A DNA stretch of 63,847 nucleotides, the filler included. It is 5 parts of 5 records of this genome, joined end to end, with 100 filler letters (N's around TTAATTAATTAA, not from the genome) between each part and the next. Parts side by side here need not be neighbours in the genome. Positions count along the whole stretch, not along the records: positions 58,318 to 63,847 come from SRR22947725_6426; 4 more parts are not named here. One strand, written 5' to 3'. Under the pieces are notes generated by a model. The model searched no databases, was not told the DNA's origin, and saw only the letters and a list, made by a program, of their open reading frames with translations. The position numbers were made by a program, and so were the translations under genes. Positions 60,248-63,847 of the stretch are shown one piece after another (within the stretch, counting starts at the first letter, position 1; every line of letters starts with the position of its first letter).

Positions 60248-63091
60248 ATGCTCGGATTAACAAAAGTAGCTCAAAAAATATTTGGATCGAAAAATGATCG
60301 AAAAATTAAAGCCACTTTGCCATTAGTGTCTGCAATCAACTTACTTGAGGCTGATTATCAAGCATTATCTGATCAGCAAATTATGGAAAAAACCAGTGAA
60401 TTTAAAGAGCGCCTTTCAGGTGGTGAAACACTAGATCAATTGTTACCAGAAGCTTTTGCTAACGCAAGAGAGGCCGCTTTCAGGGCCCTAGGATTGCGCG
60501 CGTATGACACACAATTAATTGGTGGAATATTTTTACATCAAGGAAATATTTCAGAAATGAAAACTGGTGAAGGTAAAACTTTAGTTGGCGTTTTTCCTGT
60601 ATATTTAAATGCGTTAACAGGAAGAGGAGTTCACGTTGTTACAGTAAACGACTATCTTGCTTCTCGTGATGCAGATTGGATGGGTAAGGTATACAGCTTT
60701 CTAGGTATGACTACTGGTATTGTTGTTCCTGACATGGAAGAAGAAGCGAAATTAGCTGCATATGCAAGTGATATTACATACGCTACTAATAATGAATTAG
60801 GGTTTGATTATTTACGTGACAATATGAAGTCTGATTTAGCACAAATGGCCCAAAGGGATCATTATTTTGCTATTGTTGATGAGGTGGATAGTATTCTTAT
60901 TGATGAAGCTAGAACTCCATTAATAATTTCAGGACCAGCAGAAGACAGAACTGAGTTATATAAATCAATCGATGCCTTAATTCCTGAGTTACAACCTGAA
61001 CATTACGATCTAGATGAAAAGTCACGCTCATCATCTCTTACAGATGATGGAAATGAATTTGTTGAAAAACGTTTGCTTGAGTTAAAATTATTACCTGCTG
61101 AACAATCATTGTATGATCCTGAAAGTACGTCTTTAGTACATCACATAAATCAAGGTTTACGTGCACATACGCTATTTAAACGCGATAAAGATTATATTGT
61201 AAAAGACAATGAGGTAGTACTTATTGACGAATTTACAGGTAGGATGATGTCTGGGCGTAGAATGTCTGATGGATTGCACCAAGCAATTGAAGCAAAGGAA
61301 CGTGTAAATATAAAGGCTGAAAATGTAACTTTAGCATCTGTTACCTTCCAAAATTACTTTAGACTCTATGATAAATTAGCTGGAATGACAGGTACAGCTT
61401 TAACTGAAGCTGAAGAATTTTCTGAAATATATGGCTTGGGCGTAGTTGAAGTTCCTACAAACAGACCAATAGCTCGACTTGACGAACATGATGCAATTTA
61501 TCGTACAGCAAATGAAAAATTTACAGCAGTCGTAGAAGAAATTGGTAAAGCCCATTCAAATAAACAGCCAATTTTAGTTGGAACAACATCTATTGAAAAG
61601 TCAGAATACTTATCAAACCTTTTAAATGATAAAAAATTATTAAAAGATATTTCTGATAATTTGCTGTTGCAATCTAAAAAAGCAAAAAAGCAAAATGATA
61701 TTAATAGCTTAAAGACTTATTCAGATGCTTTTTCTGAATTTTCAAAAACAGGTATATCTCATAAAATACTTAATGCTCGTTTTCATGAACAAGAAGCTTC
61801 AATAATAGCAGATGCTGGTGTACCCCGCGCAGTCACCATCGCAACAAATATGGCAGGTAGAGGAACAGATATCCAGCTGGGTGGAAATCTTGAGATTCGG
61901 ATTACTTCAGCGTTAGAAAAAGCAGGAAAAAAATCTGACCCATTAAAAATCCGTAAAGATGTTACTGAGGAAATAGAAAAAGCAAAAAAAGTGGCCTTGG
62001 ATTCTGGTGGTTTATTTGTTCTTGCAACAGAACGACATGAAAGCCGGCGCATAGATAATCAATTACGTGGGCGTTCGGGACGTCAAGGAGACCCAGGTCG
62101 CTCAGCGTTTTTCTTATCTTTAGAAGATGATTTAATGCGTATCTTTGGCTCAGAAAAATTAGATTCTGTTCTTGGCAAACTAGGAATGGACGAAGGTGAG
62201 GCTATTATCCATCCTTGGGTTAATAAGTCTCTAGAACGCGCACAAGCAAAAGTGGAAGGTCAGAATTTTGATGTTAGAAAACAATTACTAAAATTTGATG
62301 ACGTAATGAACGATCAACGAAAAGCAATATTTGAGCAACGTTTGGAAATTATGAAATCAGATGACTTATCAATTACTGTCAAAGATATGCGAGATGAAGT
62401 GATTGAAGATTTAGTAGATGAAGCGATTCCTTCAAAGTCTTATGCTGATCAATGGAACATTGAAGGGCTTGAGCAATCAATTAAAGAAACACTAGGTTTA
62501 AGTTTACCTATATCTGATTGGGCCGCTGAAGAAGGTATTGATGACGAAGACATTATTAATCGCCTTCGCAAAGCGGGTGATGAAGAAATGGCAAATAAAA
62601 TTAAAGGAATTGGTTCAGATAATATACGCTCTGTAGAAAAACAATTGCTATTAGGCACAATAGACCAAAAATGGCGTGAACATTTAATTACTTTAGAGCA
62701 CCTAAGATCAGTTGTTGGAATGCGTGGATACGCAAATCGTGATCCATTAAACGAATATAAGAACGAATCTTTTGAACTTTTTGAATCAATGCTTGAAGGT
62801 TTAAGGTCTGATATTACAAAACAGATGGCTCGCTTACAGCCACAAACTCAAGAACAGCAAATGGCTGCTTTGCAACAGCAAATCCAAACAGCATTAAGTC
62901 AAGGAATGGAAATCAATGTAATTAAAGCTCGTGTAAAAGAAGCTTACGGAATTGATATTGAGTTAGAGGCACCAAAGCCACCTGAAATTGATAAAAATAA
63001 TCCAAAAACTTGGCCACCCTTAAGTCGAAACGATAAATGTTTATGTGAATCAGGCAAGAAGTTTAAACACTGTCATGGCGCATTAAAATAA
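60248..63091 (+). CDS. secA: Preprotein translocase ATPase SecA
   Basis: [58 protein letters not shown]-terminal SEC-C motif. Confidence 0.98.
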   Translation: MLGLTKVAQKIFGSKNDRKIKATLPLVSAINLLEADYQALSDQQIMEKTSEFKERLSGGETLDQLLPEAFANAREAAFRALGLRAYDTQLIGGIFLHQGNISEMKTGEGKTLVGVFPVYLNALTGRGVHVVTVNDYLASRDADWMGKVYSFLGMTTGIVVPDMEEEAKLAAYASDITYATNNELGFDYLRDNMKSDLAQMAQRDHYFAIVDEVDSILIDEARTPLIISGPAEDRTELYKSIDALIPELQPEHYDLDEKSRSSSLTDDGNEFVEKRLLELKLLPAEQSLYDPESTSLVHHINQGLRAHTLFKRDKDYIVKDNEVVLIDEFTGRMMSGRRMSDGLHQAIEAKERVNIKAENVTLASVTFQNYFRLYDKLAGMTGTALTEAEEFSEIYGLGVVEVPTNRPIARLDEHDAIYRTANEKFTAVVEEIGKAHSNKQPILVGTTSIEKSEYLSNLLNDKKLLKDISDNLLLQSKKAKKQNDINSLKTYSDAFSEFSKTGISHKILNARFHEQEASIIADAGVPRAVTIATNMAGRGTDIQLGGNLEIRITSALEKAGKKSDPLKIRKDVTEEIEKAKKVALDSGGLFVLATERHESRRIDNQLRGRSGRQGDPGRSAFFLSLEDDLMRIFGSEKLDSVLGKLGMDEGEAIIHPWVNKSLERAQAKVEGQNFDVRKQLLKFDDVMNDQRKAIFEQRLEIMKSDDLSITVKDMRDEVIEDLVDEAIPSKSYADQWNIEGLEQSIKETLGLSLPISDWAAEEGIDDEDIINRLRKAGDEEMANKIKGIGSDNIRSVEKQLLLGTIDQKWREHLITLEHLRSVVGMRGYANRDPLNEYKNESFELFESMLEGLRSDITKQMARLQPQTQEQQMAALQQQIQTALSQGMEINVIKARVKEAYGIDIELEAPKPPEIDKNNPKTWPPLSRNDKCLCESGKKFKHCHGALK

Positions 63092-63093
63092 AT

Positions 63094-63847
63094 TTAATCC
63101 CAAGTAGGATAAAACTTATTTAATGGTGAGCTAGTAAAAATCTCATATCCAGTTGAAGTAACACCAATAGAGTGCTCAAATTGCGCTGACAAAGACTTAT
63201 CTTTAGTTACTGCAGTCCAATCATCTGCCAATATTTTTGTATGTGGCTTACCAAGGTTTACCATTGGCTCTATTGTAAAAAACATTCCTTCTTCTAAAAC
63301 TGCTCCTGTACCCCACCGCCCAAAATGTACAACATTAGGTGCTGAGTGAAACACTCTACCTAAACCATGGCCACAGAAATCACGAACGACAGAACACCGC
63401 TGTGCTTCCACGTATGACTGTATTGCCGCTCCAATATCTCCAAATGTATTTCCTGGCTTAACTTGATCAATACCAATCATTAAAGCGGTATGAGTTATAT
63501 CTATTAAGCGCTCAGCTTTTCTTGAAAGTTTCCCACATACGTACATACGAGATGTGTCTCCAAACCAGCCATCAAGTATGCAAGTAACATCAATATTAAG
63601 AATATCACCATCTTTTAGTTTTTTATCCGAAGGTATTCCATGGCAAACGACATGGTTTAACGAAATACAGCATGATTTTGTATACCCACGATATCCCAGT
63701 GTGGCTGGTATAGCACCTGCATTTATCATATAATCATGAATTAGCTTGTCTAATGCTTCAGTTGTTACGCCAGGAACAACATATTCAGTTATCATATCTA
63801 ATATTTTAGCAGCCAGTGCTCCAGATTTTCTCATACCCTCAAATTCA
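63094..63847 (-). CDS. map: Methionine aminopeptidase type I, 5' end probably beyond window
   Basis: CHGIP, IDVT...G..GDTS, CGHG, TIEPM, AQFEH; frame stays open upstream of the track's Met (EFEGMRK). Confidence 0.95.
   Translation of the reverse strand, partial: EFEGMRKSGALAAKILDMITEYVVPGVTTEALDKLIHDYMINAGAIPATLGYRGYTKSCCISLNHVVCHGIPSDKKLKDGDILNIDVTCILDGWFGDTSRMYVCGKLSRKAERLIDITHTALMIGIDQVKPGNTFGDIGAAIQSYVEAQRCSVVRDFCGHGLGRVFHSAPNVVHFGRWGTGAVLEEGMFFTIEPMVNLGKPHTKILADDWTAVTKDKSLSAQFEHSIGVTSTGYEIFTSSPLNKFYPTWD

Noticed and set aside
1-63847. tRNA, rRNA, IS elements, prophage or known anti-phage systems other than the TA pairs
   Set aside because: No supporting motifs were seen in the intergenic regions or ORFs by eye; small RNAs could be missed without a covariance search.

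Overview
This window is not one locus. It is five contigs joined by an artificial 100-nt linker (44 N + TTAATTAATTAA + 44 N) at 16952-17051, 28298-28397, 44775-44874 and 58218-58317, and they appear to come from at least three organisms. Contigs 1-2 (1-16951, 17052-28297) are GC-rich and gammaproteobacterial by gene content. They carry acnD, a flavin-monooxygenase/LLM/amidohydrolase/CobW block, tadA, purL, leuA with a Leu-rich leader peptide, and the miaA-mutL-amiB-tsaE-nnr/queG/orn/psd/epmA-efp/serB region. Contig 3 (28398-44774) has intermediate GC and Verrucomicrobia/PVC-like proteins: two large secreted proteins, two toxin-antitoxin pairs bracketed by three copies of a ~48-nt palindromic repeat, and a sugar ABC/IclR/AroE-like/DUF4432 cluster. 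Contigs 4-5 (44875-58217, 58318-63847) are AT-rich and Rhodobacteraceae-like: a ~13-kb orphan catabolic operon, then mutT-argJ/secA/map. The most interesting signals are: (1) a surface protein with ~26 D/E-X-N-X-S/T sequons, eight in a tandem linker that includes DQNAT, suggesting PglB-type N-glycosylation in a lineage where I do not know it to be established; (2) an uncharacterised operon built on an HpsN/HisD-like dehydrogenase, three SnoaL-like proteins, a MetE-fold Zn enzyme, a cupin, a hydrolase and an RraA-type aldolase; (3) repeat-delimited TA cassettes; (4) an ALK/LTK-like glycine-rich domain; (5) an AroE paralogue lacking shikimate-carboxylate residues beside a sugar ABC system. Taxonomy and family calls come from motif recognition only; no searches were run. 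No rRNA, tRNA, CRISPR array, integrase or transposase was seen.
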